The translations under genes and the position numbers were made by a program. The notes under the pieces were generated by a model, which was not told where the DNA came from, did not search any database, and saw only the letters and a program-made list of their open reading frames with translations. Of a stretch of 64,000 nt of DNA, positions 27,856 to 38,324 are shown piece after piece (position 1 is the first letter of the stretch; every line of letters begins with the position of its first letter). Source of the DNA: a virus; IMG/VR virus record IMGVR_UViG_3300034102_001514, positions 32,001 through 96,000 of that record, one strand, 5' to 3'.

Positions 27856-28092
27856 ACGAAACATTTTGGAATTTATTCCAAAATTTTCTTTAAGACACAC
27901 GAAATCGGATTGGACTTCGTGGACAATCGTGGGGTTATTGTTTCTATTTGTTTTCATTTTGTTTATAAGAAACATATGGTCGCTCTTGGTGAGAAAACCA
28001 CCCATCCGCGTCTTCCAAGTCATACACGATTGGAACTGATTTTATATTGTTTTTTTTGTTTAATGTTCGTTTGAACATTCCATAGATGGGTT

Positions 28093-28503
28093 TCATTTTA
28101 CTCCTTGGGGCGATTTAAAAAATAGTTGGTAAGAATCTCTTGTAATATGTATTAAACTTTGTGATAATGGAGTGAATAAATAGTTTTTTATTTCTGAAAA
28201 TTTAATAAATTTTACTTCATCGTGTTCCATCAATTTTGCTTTACCACTTTCAAAGTCTACCACCCAACATTCCATATAGATACCATTCTTTTCTACGGGT
28301 CTGATTTTGTGTATAGGTTTGATTTGAATATCCAATTCTTCTTTGAATTCTCTAATCAATGCGGTATAATCTGATGTATCGGATGGGTCTATCTTACCTC
28401 CTGGTAATTCCCAATAACCACCAAAGTTTGGATTATCACTCTTTCTTTTTCCTATTAGAAATCTTTCTCCGTTTCGGAGTATTCCGCAGACCGCTTGAAC
28501 CAT
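28093..28503 (-). CDS. NUDIX hydrolase (MutT/NudG-like)
   Basis: WELPGGKI..ALIREFKEELDI. Confidence 0.92.
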   Translation of the reverse strand: MVQAVCGILRNGERFLIGKRKSDNPNFGGYWELPGGKIDPSDTSDYTALIREFKEELDIQIKPIHKIRPVEKNGIYMECWVVDFESGKAKLMEHDEVKFIKFSEIKNYLFTPLSQSLIHITRDSYQLFFKSPQGVK

Positions 28504-28650
28504 TATCTATTTGCTCTATACCAAGTTGTTCATAATCAATATTTGTTGTTTTTACTCTTTTGTGAGCGTTAATCACTATCCCTAACATACTCATCATAGA
28601 ATTGATATTTTTATTCCACATATAGGATACACCAATGGAATTTTTTAATA

Positions 28651-29241
28651 TCATCTACAATTGCATTTGTAATCGTTGTAAGTTTTCATACTTGGAGTTG
28701 TATTAGGGAAATAATAACACTCACGGGTGTTTCCGTATTTAATTTCTTTGTAGAATCCTTTTGGAATTGCAGCGCCGGCTGGAACTCTTGGTGGATTCTT
28801 ATCAAACTGAACACGAATAGTTACTTCCACAACATTGTGTTTATTGGCCAATTCTCGTTCTCTGGCTTCCAAGTGTTTCCAAACACCACGATTTAATGAT
28901 TGATGTTGAAGTGCGCAGTTCATATAAGTGAATGTTTCCAATAACATTTCACGAGTGCAATTAAAGTGGGCCGCGGGGGCCATATGACCTTTATCCCATT
29001 CATTTGCTTCGTAGTCTTTGTGGTCTGATGTTTTGATTCCAGTTTCTTTATAGAAATCCATTCCTGCTCTTGAAGCATTACCCGTTGGACAAGCCACACG
29101 ATATTGAATCCATCGTGGTTCTTCTAATACCTCTGAATATGCGATTTTAAAATAGGGAGTGGTCCACCACAAAGAATCTCGTAGTTGACCAAATGCGTTC
29201 AGCGATACAAACGCAAGTAAAAGAAATAGTGTTTTTTTCAT
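28651..29241 (-). CDS. Secreted DNA/RNA non-specific endonuclease (NucA-like)
   Basis: Signal peptide MKKTLFLLLAFVSLNAFG; DKGHMAPA, LNRGVWKHLE. Confidence 0.9.
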   Translation of the reverse strand: MKKTLFLLLAFVSLNAFGQLRDSLWWTTPYFKIAYSEVLEEPRWIQYRVACPTGNASRAGMDFYKETGIKTSDHKDYEANEWDKGHMAPAAHFNCTREMLLETFTYMNCALQHQSLNRGVWKHLEARERELANKHNVVEVTIRVQFDKNPPRVPAGAAIPKGFYKEIKYGNTRECYYFPNTTPSMKTYNDYKCNCR

Positions 29242-29403
29242 AAATAAATAAAGTGTTAAAATGACCCGCCAAAAAATGTAATGTAAAGCCAAAATAAGGC
29301 AAATACGCTAATTAGGAATATTCCAAGTTTTTCTTTCATAATTAATGATATTGAATAAATTGAAAAAAAGCTTTTACAAGCTTGTTAAGAAATTGTTTCA
29401 TAA

Positions 29404-30438
29404 TTAATTTGATAAAGGTGCTTTAATTGTTGGGTGTGATTGATATCCGATTAATTCATAATCAAACTCACCATTTTGAATATTACAATTTGTTATTTCA
29501 AGTTTTGGTAATTTATACGGAGTTCGTGTAATGAGCTCTTTCGCTTGTTCAATATGATTTTTATACAGGTGGACATCACCCAAACTTCCAATCAAATAAT
29601 CTGGCATCATATTGACCTCCTTACCCAACATAATTAGTAATGTAGCATAAGAAGCAATATTGAATGGTAAACCTAAAAATGTATCTACTGACCTTTGATT
29701 CCACATTAGGGAAATTGCTCTTGTAGGAATATTAGCAGCATCTAAATCTTTTTTCATATAACCCTCCCAGCTTTGAACTGGTTGAGTCTTTGAAAGAATT
29801 TTCATTCGCTCTTCTCTACTCAACTTTCTTGTATAAACTTGAAATCCATAATGACATGGTGGTAAAGTCATTTTATCCAACTCCCCCACATTCCAAGCTG
29901 ATACCATTAACCTTCTACTATCAGGATTTGTTTTAAGTTCGTTGATTAGATTTTGGATTTGGTCTGTGTTAGAGTTTAATCCTTCCCAACTTCTCCATTG
30001 TGCACCATAGATTGGACCTAATTCTCCCCACTGTTTAGCAAACTCATCATCGGTTTTGATTCGTTCCGTGAATTCATCCATTGTCAAGTTTGATAACATA
30101 TGAAGCTGTTCAAGATAATTTTTACCACCACTTTCTCTGCTTTCAATCTCATATGTTTTCATGTAGTGCTTATAAGCGTCACCGGTCCATATATTGCAAC
30201 CATTCTGAACCAAATACTTGATATTGGTATCACCACGAAGAAACCACAACAATTCGGTTACGATTGTTTTGAATGGCATTTTCTTTGTGGTTAGTAAAGG
30301 AAACCCATCCTCCATTCGGTGTTTGATTTGTCTACCAAATACTGATAGAGTTCCGGTGCCGGTTCGGTCCGTTTTTTCTATACCATTATACAAGCAACTA
30401 CCAAGTAGTCCTTTATAATCTTCATCTAATTGATTCAT
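29404..30438 (-). CDS. thyA: Thymidylate synthase
   Basis: DRTGTGT, FPLLTTKK, LPPCH, QRSVDTFLGLPFNIASY. Confidence 0.98.
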   Translation of the reverse strand: MNQLDEDYKGLLGSCLYNGIEKTDRTGTGTLSVFGRQIKHRMEDGFPLLTTKKMPFKTIVTELLWFLRGDTNIKYLVQNGCNIWTGDAYKHYMKTYEIESRESGGKNYLEQLHMLSNLTMDEFTERIKTDDEFAKQWGELGPIYGAQWRSWEGLNSNTDQIQNLINELKTNPDSRRLMVSAWNVGELDKMTLPPCHYGFQVYTRKLSREERMKILSKTQPVQSWEGYMKKDLDAANIPTRAISLMWNQRSVDTFLGLPFNIASYATLLIMLGKEVNMMPDYLIGSLGDVHLYKNHIEQAKELITRTPYKLPKLEITNCNIQNGEFDYELIGYQSHPTIKAPLSN

Positions 30439-30815
30439 TATTCAAATGTTTGAATTTTTGCGTCTACTTCTTTTAATTCTGACCAAGTTCCAAGATATGT
30501 GATTGCTCTAACCTTACGATTGTCAATCCACACATATTCTTGCCCATCCGTGATTCTGGGTTTATCCATCACCAATCCGTGATATTTAAATCCGTGATTT
30601 TTTAACCACCATTCAGTTACGGTTTTATCTTTGGATTCTCTCGCGGTAAAAAAGGTTATAATGTTTCCTTCATCATACCATTTGTTGATAATCCTCAAAG
30701 CGTCTGGATAAACTGCTGTGGTAGCAAACAAATGACTATCCTCGTTTTTGATGTCATCGCAGATGGTTCCATCAATATCAATTAAAAATACTTTACTCAT
30801 TGTTCTTCGTTCCAA
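30438..30815 (-). CDS. Small HAD-superfamily phosphatase
   Basis: DIDGTI, FTAR, MDKP, WIDN. Confidence 0.85.
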   Translation of the reverse strand: MERRTMSKVFLIDIDGTICDDIKNEDSHLFATTAVYPDALRIINKWYDEGNIITFFTARESKDKTVTEWWLKNHGFKYHGLVMDKPRITDGQEYVWIDNRKVRAITYLGTWSELKEVDAKIQTFE

Positions 30816-31471
30816 TCTTCATCATTCTCTAAACCATCCATCAAAGTTGTATCCCAATCACGAAGTGCATCAAGTTCATCTTCCGTGTAAATATCGGTTC
30901 CTTCATTATCAAAGTAGTCAGCTTCGTTGACTATCAATTTACATTGTTCCAATAGTTCATCTTTAATATCACCAATCTCTTCCCACATAGTTTCAAGAGC
31001 TTCAAGATATTCATCCTCGGTTTCAAAATCTTCTTCTTGTGGCCATTTATACGAACTTTCCTCAATATGAGAACCATCCTTTGAAATATACATAGCACCA
31101 ATTGGTTCAAGTGATTCATCTTCGTAAGTGATAGAAAAATCACACTCTTCATCCGTTTCACTACAAACTGAATACATTTTTTCAACAAGTGATTCTGGAA
31201 ATGACCATGCTGAAGTCATAGTGATTTGCATTTCAGTATCACTAACCACATCCCATTCGTTGATGTGACACCATTTTGCACCAACATTCTCTATCATCCA
31301 CTCGTAAGTGTTTTGATATTGATTTTCATAAAACAAACGTGCGGTTTGTTCAGTATTCATTTCTTCAGATGGATTGTCTTGTAAATCTACCGATGATAGT
31401 TTTTTATCCAATGAAGTAATTAAGTCAGAATTGCCTGAAATAAAGATAAGTGTAGTAACGTGGTTTGCCAT
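30797..31471 (-). CDS. DUF1281/YubB ferredoxin-like protein with acidic tail
   Basis: MANHV, W..ENVGAKW, TSAWSFP, YEDE. Confidence 0.6.
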   Translation of the reverse strand: MANHVTTLIFISGNSDLITSLDKKLSSVDLQDNPSEEMNTEQTARLFYENQYQNTYEWMIENVGAKWCHINEWDVVSDTEMQITMTSAWSFPESLVEKMYSVCSETDEECDFSITYEDESLEPIGAMYISKDGSHIEESSYKWPQEEDFETEDEYLEALETMWEEIGDIKDELLEQCKLIVNEADYFDNEGTDIYTEDELDALRDWDTTLMDGLENDEDWNEEQ

Positions 31472-31565
31472 TTTTAATCCTTGTTAATTGAACTTGTGGT
31501 TTCGGTGGGATACTCATCCCAATAAATGAAAATTTGGTCGTTAGTCATATTGTAAATATACGAAA

Positions 31566-32243
31566 TTAATTTGAATTATCAAAGTTTTTTCCGGGCTCGC
31601 CTATTAATTTTATTTCTTTTGGCGTTTCGGGTTTTAAATCATTTGGATAGTCATCAACTTTTACTTTTAAATTTGTTTGTTGTTCTACTATCTTAATAAT
31701 AGTTTTTTTTGTATTTAAATCACCAGAACCCCAACCCCAAGCCAAAGTGTTTTTCATTCTTTGTATTTCAGACTCAATATGTTCTATACTCTTGGTTATA
31801 AGTTGTATTTCATCTTCACCCATCTCAAATTCAACATTACACTCTTCTGCAATAGAAATCAAATCAGCAAATTCACCATTTTCAAAGTGAGATTTTACTT
31901 TTAAGAATATTTCATCATCACCCCCATTTACATCGGGATGTGTTATAGATGATAGTTTTTTATACAAAGATTTGAGGCGTTTAGACTTAACCTTTAAGTT
32001 TTTACGCTTTTGGGCTAAATTTAAACGCTTTTTCTCAAATTCTTTCTCCAATTCTTCAAAATCTGGAGCTTCTTCCGGTTCTTTAGATTTTTTTTGTAAA
32101 TTTAAACGAGCACTTTCATCATAATATTTTTTGAAATGTTTTTCAAAATCTAAAATGTAGTTCGTGAGCTCAATACGAACATCTTCTTCCTCCATTTTGA
32201 GGTATTCGTATTTCATTTTTAACTTTTTACGATTTCGGGTCAC
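31566..32243 (-). CDS. Coiled-coil protein with internal J-domain
   Basis: LKSLYKKLSSITHPDVNGG (HPD motif). Confidence 0.8.
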   Translation of the reverse strand: MTRNRKKLKMKYEYLKMEEEDVRIELTNYILDFEKHFKKYYDESARLNLQKKSKEPEEAPDFEELEKEFEKKRLNLAQKRKNLKVKSKRLKSLYKKLSSITHPDVNGGDDEIFLKVKSHFENGEFADLISIAEECNVEFEMGEDEIQLITKSIEHIESEIQRMKNTLAWGWGSGDLNTKKTIIKIVEQQTNLKVKVDDYPNDLKPETPKEIKLIGEPGKNFDNSN

Positions 32244-33825
32244 TTTCTTTCTCCGCCGGCTCTTCTACAATCATACATTCAGTAGTAAGTAGTGTTCCAG
32301 CGACTGAAACTGCTTTTTCAATAGCAATACGAGTCACTTTTGTTGGGTCAATGATACCCTTTTCAATCATATTGACAAGGTGTTCACTAACTACATCGTA
32401 ACCCATAGAAGTGTCTGAAGCGTAATTTGCGTCTAACAATCCGAACACTTTGTGGTGGTCAAGCCCTGCGTTCTTTAGAATTGCTTCCATTGGAGATTTA
32501 CAAGCCTTCATCACAATTGCGTATCCCAATTGTTCATCACCTTTTGGTTGGTTAATGTTTTTGGAACAATGATACAAAGCAGCACCACCACCCGCGACAA
32601 TACCCTCTTCCAAAGCAGCTTTAGTTGCAAGGAGTGCGTCATCAAATAGGTCTTTCTTTTCTTTCATCTCAACCTCTGATTGAGCACCCACTCGGATTAC
32701 AGCCACACCACCACTCAATTTAGATAAACGCTTGTGGAGTTTCTCTTTTTCAAAGTCTGATTTTTGTTCTGAAATTTCATTTTTGATTTGGTCAATGCGA
32801 AGTTTCAAAGCATCCGCGTTTCCGTGACCACCAATCAAAGTAGTTTCTTTTTTGTTAGACACCACTTTATCACAAGAACCCAAATCTTCCAAAGTTGCGT
32901 CTTCCAACTCAGCGTCAATAGTTCCAAACATCTTACCACCCAATAGAGCAGCCATATCACGCAGGATTTCAGTTCGTTCACTACCAAAGCCAGGAGCTTT
33001 TACAGCAAGGGCCCGTAAGGTTCCACGAACGGAGTTTACAACCATTGTTGCCAGAGCTTCACCTTCTACATCGTGAGCTACAACCAAAATTGGTTTACTT
33101 TGAGTTGATACTGCTTCAAGGATGTGAATGATTTGGTCCATTGTAGAAATCTTACCATCATACAACAATACAACTGGCTCATCAATAACACAATTAAGTT
33201 TTGTTTGGTTGTTGATAAAGTAATGAGATAGGTATCCATTATCAAACTGAAGTCCTTCTACGATTTCAAGTTCATCCTCATTTGAGTTTCCCTCTTCAAC
33301 TGTAATTACACCATCACGACCAACTTCTTTAACTGCGTCAGCAATCATACCACCAATCACCGAATCACCATTTGCAGAAATGGTTGCAACTTGTTTTACT
33401 TGTTCGTTATCTTCAACTTTGATTGAGATTTCTTGAGTTAACATTTTGGTAATTTCAGCCACAGCAATTCCCATACCTCTACGAAGTAGAATTGGATTAG
33501 CACCCATCTCAACCACATCCATACCCTGGTTGAAGATTGATTGAGCCAATACAGTAGATGTAGTGGTTCCATCACCGGCGTGGTCTGCGGTTTGTTGGGC
33601 GGTTTCTTTAATAACCTGCGCCCCCAAGTTTTTAGCTGCATTACTAAACTCAATAGATTTAGCCACCGTAACACCATCTTTTGTGATGTGAGGTGCGCCG
33701 TCTTTTTGAATGATTACATTACGACCACGAGGTCCAAGTGTTACCTTAACCGCATTGGCTAATTCGTTTACACCTTCCAAGAGCTTTTCTCTTGATTGTT
33801 TTCCGTGAAATACTTGCTTTCCCAT
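32227..33825 (-). CDS. groL: Chaperonin GroEL
   Basis: TLGPRGRNV, TKDGVTVA, GDGTTT, GIIDPTKV; no GGM tail. Confidence 0.98.
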   Translation of the reverse strand: MGKQVFHGKQSREKLLEGVNELANAVKVTLGPRGRNVIIQKDGAPHITKDGVTVAKSIEFSNAAKNLGAQVIKETAQQTADHAGDGTTTSTVLAQSIFNQGMDVVEMGANPILLRRGMGIAVAEITKMLTQEISIKVEDNEQVKQVATISANGDSVIGGMIADAVKEVGRDGVITVEEGNSNEDELEIVEGLQFDNGYLSHYFINNQTKLNCVIDEPVVLLYDGKISTMDQIIHILEAVSTQSKPILVVAHDVEGEALATMVVNSVRGTLRALAVKAPGFGSERTEILRDMAALLGGKMFGTIDAELEDATLEDLGSCDKVVSNKKETTLIGGHGNADALKLRIDQIKNEISEQKSDFEKEKLHKRLSKLSGGVAVIRVGAQSEVEMKEKKDLFDDALLATKAALEEGIVAGGGAALYHCSKNINQPKGDEQLGYAIVMKACKSPMEAILKNAGLDHHKVFGLLDANYASDTSMGYDVVSEHLVNMIEKGIIDPTKVTRIAIEKAVSVAGTLLTTECMIVEEPAEKESDPKS

Positions 33826-33828
33826 AAA

Positions 33829-34437
33829 TTATTCTTGTTCTTTTTGTTGTTGATTATAAAGTTCTTTTGCTTTTTCAATTTGTTCTACTCGCCATTCAGG
33901 TTGTCTACCACGAAGGTTTCCACGAAGATTGTGGAAACAATTATAACATAAAAATCTAATGTTATCCTTTTTGTGATTATGCCAATTGTCATCCATATGG
34001 TCAAGAATCAAAGGGATAGTTCCATCCGATAGTCGTTTTTCATCGTATCCACAATTATGACATTCTGCTGGAAAATCTTTTATTTTACCGGCATTACTAA
34101 TCAGTCTTCGTTTAAGTAGGTAAACGGAATAGTCGGGGTATTTTCCTTCCAACACAGCCGTTAATGCGTATTTACCCTTATCTACATTATAAGGTTTAGT
34201 TACGCCAGTTCCTTTTTGGTTTTTATGTAAGTCCCACAAGGATTTGCCTGTGGTCTCATCAATATACATTTTAGAGTATTTTTCAAAGGTGGTCAATGAT
34301 ATATTTAAAAATCTTGCAGCACCACTATTACTCTTGGAGTTTTTCATCGCATAACGAATCTGAGCCTCCGTGAGGTTTAATGGAGTCCTACCAACTCCTA
34401 AAACATAACCATTGGGCATTTTGTCACCCCTTTGCAT
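33829..34437 (-). CDS. HTH plus HNH-endonuclease-like protein
   Basis: AARFLNIS HTH; CHNCG..LDHMDDNWHN..NIRFLCYNC. Confidence 0.75.
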   Translation of the reverse strand: MQRGDKMPNGYVLGVGRTPLNLTEAQIRYAMKNSKSNSGAARFLNISLTTFEKYSKMYIDETTGKSLWDLHKNQKGTGVTKPYNVDKGKYALTAVLEGKYPDYSVYLLKRRLISNAGKIKDFPAECHNCGYDEKRLSDGTIPLILDHMDDNWHNHKKDNIRFLCYNCFHNLRGNLRGRQPEWRVEQIEKAKELYNQQQKEQE

Positions 34438-34466
34438 AACACTCCATTTTTATATAAGTAGTTAAC

Positions 34467-34676
34467 TCAATAGTTTTCGTAGATAGTTTCCAAAAATTGA
34501 AGGTCTTCAACTCGTAAAAGTTTACCACTCCCAACTCTATTTTTTAACTTATCTATTGTTTTTTTGTCATTATATGACTCAACGCCCTTTAAATGTTTTG
34601 GGTTTTTGAATATATACTTTTCAACATCCAAAACAAACAAAAGGTGTTTACGAAGTTCACGATTTACTAAATCCAT
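34467..34676 (-). CDS. Hypothetical protein
   Basis: ORF in run. Confidence 0.55.
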   Translation of the reverse strand: MDLVNRELRKHLLFVLDVEKYIFKNPKHLKGVESYNDKKTIDKLKNRVGSGKLLRVEDLQFLETIYENY

Positions 34677-34779
34677 ATCTAATCTTCAGAATCTTCGTAG
34701 TCACTGTAGATTGGATTGTTTTTTAAATACTCGGTATACTGATAATCATCATCTACCCAATCTTCAAATTCTTCACCGG

Positions 34780-35064
34780 TCATTGCTCAATACGAATTAA
34801 GATTTCACTTTCACGAACCATTACATATTTCTCCCCATCCAAACGAACCTCGCTGCCAGGAATATCCAAGATTACTTTATCACCCACTTTCAATCTCATC
34901 TCAATAAGATTTCCGTTTTGGGTAAAAATGCCAGGACCAACAGCCACAACTTCTGCGAATTGAGCTTGTTTAGCACTATCTGGTTTGTAAAGACCACCTT
35001 TGGTCTTTTCTTCTACTTTTGTTTTTTTAAGTAGAACATAATCATTTAGAGGTTGATATTTCAT
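34780..35064 (-). CDS. groS: Co-chaperonin GroES
   Basis: PLNDYVLL, KTKGGL, VVAVGPG, VGDKV, RESEIL. Confidence 0.95.
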   Translation of the reverse strand: MKYQPLNDYVLLKKTKVEEKTKGGLYKPDSAKQAQFAEVVAVGPGIFTQNGNLIEMRLKVGDKVILDIPGSEVRLDGEKYVMVRESEILIRIEQ

Positions 35065-35067
35065 AAC

Positions 35068-35268
35068 TTATTCTCCTTTAATAGTTTTATATAGTTGATA
35101 AGAAAAAAACCAAATAAAGAAAACATTGATACCAAGATGGACAAAATCCCAATTGGTTACAATTTCTTGTCTGGTTAACAATACGACTTTAGCTCCCGTA
35201 AGAAACGAGAACATAATAGTCATAAACAATTCAAAGTATTTTTTCATAGTTAATAATTTATAATACAA
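35068..35268 (-). CDS. Small 2-TM membrane protein
   Basis: Two hydrophobic segments. Confidence 0.55.
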   Translation of the reverse strand: MYYKLLTMKKYFELFMTIMFSFLTGAKVVLLTRQEIVTNWDFVHLGINVFFIWFFSYQLYKTIKGE

Positions 35269-35289
35269 ATATACAAAAAATATTCCAAA

Positions 35290-35733
35290 CTACCAAAAGT
35301 TTTCATCTAAAAATTCTTTTTGTTTGTTAATTTGGATATCCAATTCAGAACGCTCGTTATTAGATAAGCGCTTGGGTTGTGTTTCTGAAACGACATTAGT
35401 CCTTGTTTTGTAGGATTGGATTCGTTCGGTTGCAAGTGTTTTTTCACCATCGGTTATATTTTCGGTTAAAATTGTTGATACATAGCAATATGGGTCGGTG
35501 GGGTCATCTACCTCAAGGTCATAATAAATACAGGCCTGTTTTGATACTGAACGAATTGTGTATGATGCGAATCCTTCACGATTCATTTTCAATTCAGAAA
35601 TAAATCCTATTTCTCGTTCACCAATCCATTTTAATACCACGATGTCCCACAATTTGTATTTGTGTTTTTTCAGGCGGTATTTACCTTTATTTACATTCTT
35701 TACCTTTGGTAAAGTATCAGTATTTGTCTTCAC
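35290..35733 (-). CDS. Hypothetical protein
   Basis: ORF in run. Confidence 0.65.
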   Translation of the reverse strand: MKTNTDTLPKVKNVNKGKYRLKKHKYKLWDIVVLKWIGEREIGFISELKMNREGFASYTIRSVSKQACIYYDLEVDDPTDPYCYVSTILTENITDGEKTLATERIQSYKTRTNVVSETQPKRLSNNERSELDIQINKQKEFLDENFW

Positions 35734-36457
35734 CCTCTGAATCGTGTCTACAAGTTAATGCGTTGATGTATGTTCCGGTGTATCCGTTTTGTGGAATAAA
35801 TCTACCCAATCTATCCCAAAAGTCAGCGTCAGTTGGAACCAGTTTACCATCTTCATCCCAAACATCTCTATAACGAAATGGGATTCGTTTCATACTCATA
35901 GCCACAGCAGAATGAATTACATTATAACCCCTTGGTAAATGATATACCACATCCCACCCATTGGTTTCTACAATCGGCATAATATCGTTTGGACCAAAGG
36001 TGGCTTGTGTTGTTATCCAAATACACTGGTGTCCATATTGTTCTATCACATTGTTTATAAATTGGAGATGGGTTGGTTCCCAAAAATCATCGTGGTCTAA
36101 ATGTGCTACCCAATCATATCCGTTGTGAAGTGCAAGTTCAATTCCAATATTCATTGGAGTTCTACCACTATTACACCATAATACTCGGTCAGTATCAAAG
36201 TCAAGATTTTCTGAATCTACTCCTTTGTATTTTAGTCTATCGTAAGACTCGGGAAGATTTACTGCATAGATTTTATCTTGTGGATATTGTGATATAATCT
36301 CATTAAATTCAGTATTGTCTTCGTAATTATCACCAACAATAAAAATTCTAAAATCTTGATGGGTTTGATTAAATACACTATCTAAAGCACGCTTCAATAG
36401 TTCTGGCGTTTTACCATCTTTTCGTTGGTATGTAGCTATGGTTACTGCAAATTTCAT
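35717..36457 (-). CDS. Glycosyltransferase family 2
   Basis: VTIATY, RALDSVFNQT, HLDHDD. Confidence 0.9.
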   Translation of the reverse strand: MKFAVTIATYQRKDGKTPELLKRALDSVFNQTHQDFRIFIVGDNYEDNTEFNEIISQYPQDKIYAVNLPESYDRLKYKGVDSENLDFDTDRVLWCNSGRTPMNIGIELALHNGYDWVAHLDHDDFWEPTHLQFINNVIEQYGHQCIWITTQATFGPNDIMPIVETNGWDVVYHLPRGYNVIHSAVAMSMKRIPFRYRDVWDEDGKLVPTDADFWDRLGRFIPQNGYTGTYINALTCRHDSEGEDKY

Positions 36458-37119
36458 TTTGATAGTTCTACTTTTATATAAATTTTATTTCCATCCTCAT
36501 CATAAAAGTATGCGTTTTTGTAATCACCATAAGTCAGAGCCCTTAACTTATTGATGTGACCCTCAAAGGTATCAACATCCCAAAGATTGATTTCACATAA
36601 CTCTTTGAAATCTTTTTTGTAATTTATGTTTCCCTCACTATGTGGTTTAGTTTTCGTGTAAGTTCCGTAAATAATCTCATCAAAGTGGGATTCAAACAAT
36701 TCCATTTCAACTTTCATTATCCGCTCGTGAAGCTCTTTTGAGTCTTCATACATATACATATGAACTTCCCTTTGAACTATAATATCACCATTATCAATTT
36801 TTTCATCAATTTCGTGGATTGTTGCGCCCGTGGGTAATCCATTTGTGATTGAAAATATATGAGGATACATACCCCTATTGTATGGATTCAGACCAGGATG
36901 AATATTGACAATTCGTGTTGATTCTACTAACTTTTTATCAAATATCTTTTTACAATGTGCTGATATAATCAAATCATATTGACCAATCAAAGCCCACGAA
37001 TCTTCATACAAATCGGAAGATTCAATTACTATTGGAAAGTTTTTACTATCAAATATTTTTTTGATTTCTACACCAATCCAATCATTATCACATAGAACTA
37101 AAACATTAGGAATTCTCAT
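36454..37119 (-). CDS. Sugar N-formyltransferase (dTDP-4-amino-4,6-dideoxyglucose formyltransferase-like)
   Basis: SAHCKKIF, NIHPGLNPYNRG, GATIHEIDEKIDNG, LRALT..YKNAYF. Confidence 0.88.
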   Translation of the reverse strand: MRIPNVLVLCDNDWIGVEIKKIFDSKNFPIVIESSDLYEDSWALIGQYDLIISAHCKKIFDKKLVESTRIVNIHPGLNPYNRGMYPHIFSITNGLPTGATIHEIDEKIDNGDIIVQREVHMYMYEDSKELHERIMKVEMELFESHFDEIIYGTYTKTKPHSEGNINYKKDFKELCEINLWDVDTFEGHINKLRALTYGDYKNAYFYDEDGNKIYIKVELSK

Positions 37120-37757
37120 TGGTTATATATCTCAAATTTACTTAAATCAGGATATGGTAATTCCAAATCCTCTTGATGTTTCTTTTCACCGGATGGTGTA
37201 TAAAACTGATTCATTAATAAAATACCACGAGCCGCAAGTTCCGGCATCATATAAAAATTCCAACCCAACATATCAAAGTGGTCATCGTGATAAGAACATT
37301 CCCTACGACCACTAAATCTGGCTCTTTTAAACCACAAGTATGCGTGTAGGTCATCGGTCAAAATAGCACCACCCTTGGATAGTTTAAAGTGTTTGTAAGG
37401 TCCTGTAAAAGATAGACACATATGTGTATTTGGAATATACATATCTGCTGTAAATCTTAAAGCTGAATCCCAAACATTAGAACCTTCAAGTTGGTATGCT
37501 CCTTTTATTGTTTTACCATCAACGGATTTCCAACCAATCTTTAATCCTGCGTGAATAATCTCACACGGAACGGATGGATATGTTCGTGATGGTATGGTAA
37601 TAATATCAGATGTATTATTTTTTACTATGTGTTCATAGTATAGGGCAAGAAATAATGCGTTTGACTGATTATCCACGCAAACAACATAATTTGCACCGGT
37701 ATAATCAGCCAGCATTTTTTCAAAGTCTTCCGTAATTTTGTGAACTCCGTTAGCCAT
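37116..37757 (-). CDS. Compact DegT/DnrJ/EryC1-like PLP aminotransferase
   Basis: FEKMLADYTG, NALFLAL, WDSA, SFTGPYKH..GGAILTDD; only 213 aa. Confidence 0.85.
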   Translation of the reverse strand: MANGVHKITEDFEKMLADYTGANYVVCVDNQSNALFLALYYEHIVKNNTSDIITIPSRTYPSVPCEIIHAGLKIGWKSVDGKTIKGAYQLEGSNVWDSALRFTADMYIPNTHMCLSFTGPYKHFKLSKGGAILTDDLHAYLWFKRARFSGRRECSYHDDHFDMLGWNFYMMPELAARGILLMNQFYTPSGEKKHQEDLELPYPDLSKFEIYNQ

Positions 37758-37766
37758 TCATATTCC

Positions 37767-38141
37767 TTAAAAGTATCCGTTAAAACCACCATTTTTTTCA
37801 ACCTCAACGGCTGTAGCTCTTTTGTCGGTGCCGTTTTTATTACCACTCTTGTTGTTGATTAGGATTCGTTCTGCACGACCAATACCCATCACCAATTGGT
37901 GGAAAGGGATTCCCAACAAGTCCATCTCTTGGATGGTCAAGTTTCGGAGATATTCTGGTCGTGCGGTAGTCAATACAATGTGGTGACCTTCTTTGAACCA
38001 TTTAGTCATTGTTTCTACAACACCGGGCAGAGCACGGCTGGTGAAAGGGTCAATTTCTTCAAATAGAACTTGGTGGACAAGCGTCCCATCAATATCGCTG
38101 AAAATAGTTTTGTTACTCATATCTTTATCACTTACATACAA
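37767..38141 (-). CDS. Small HAD-superfamily protein
   Basis: DIDGTL, LTTARP, LVMG. Confidence 0.8.
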   Translation of the reverse strand: MYVSDKDMSNKTIFSDIDGTLVHQVLFEEIDPFTSRALPGVVETMTKWFKEGHHIVLTTARPEYLRNLTIQEMDLLGIPFHQLVMGIGRAERILINNKSGNKNGTDKRATAVEVEKNGGFNGYF

Positions 38142-38195
38142 ATATACAACATAGTTGGTTATCCGCCAAATTTGTATGTTAAATTTTTGTTAATA

Positions 38196-38324
38196 TTATG
38201 GAACCAATCGGTTAAGAGCACGCTCCATAGCGGGCTTGTTAGCGTAATGAACATTTTGGATTTTTAACATCCATTCAATAAAGCCGAGTCGTTCGTTAGA
38301 TGGTAAGGTGGGTGAGTTTTTCAT
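38196..38324 (-). CDS. Small hypothetical protein
   Basis: Read manually: MKNSPTLPSNERLGFIEWMLKIQNVHYANKPAMERALNRLVP. Confidence 0.5.
   Translation of the reverse strand: MKNSPTLPSNERLGFIEWMLKIQNVHYANKPAMERALNRLVP

Noticed and set aside
33829-34437. HNH gene as intron-encoded or mobile element
   Set aside because: Free-standing with its own upstream motif; groEL and groES are uninterrupted; no intron structure seen
38196-38295. Apparent stem-loop ncRNA
   Set aside because: Explained by a 42-aa ORF overlapping the SWIM gene
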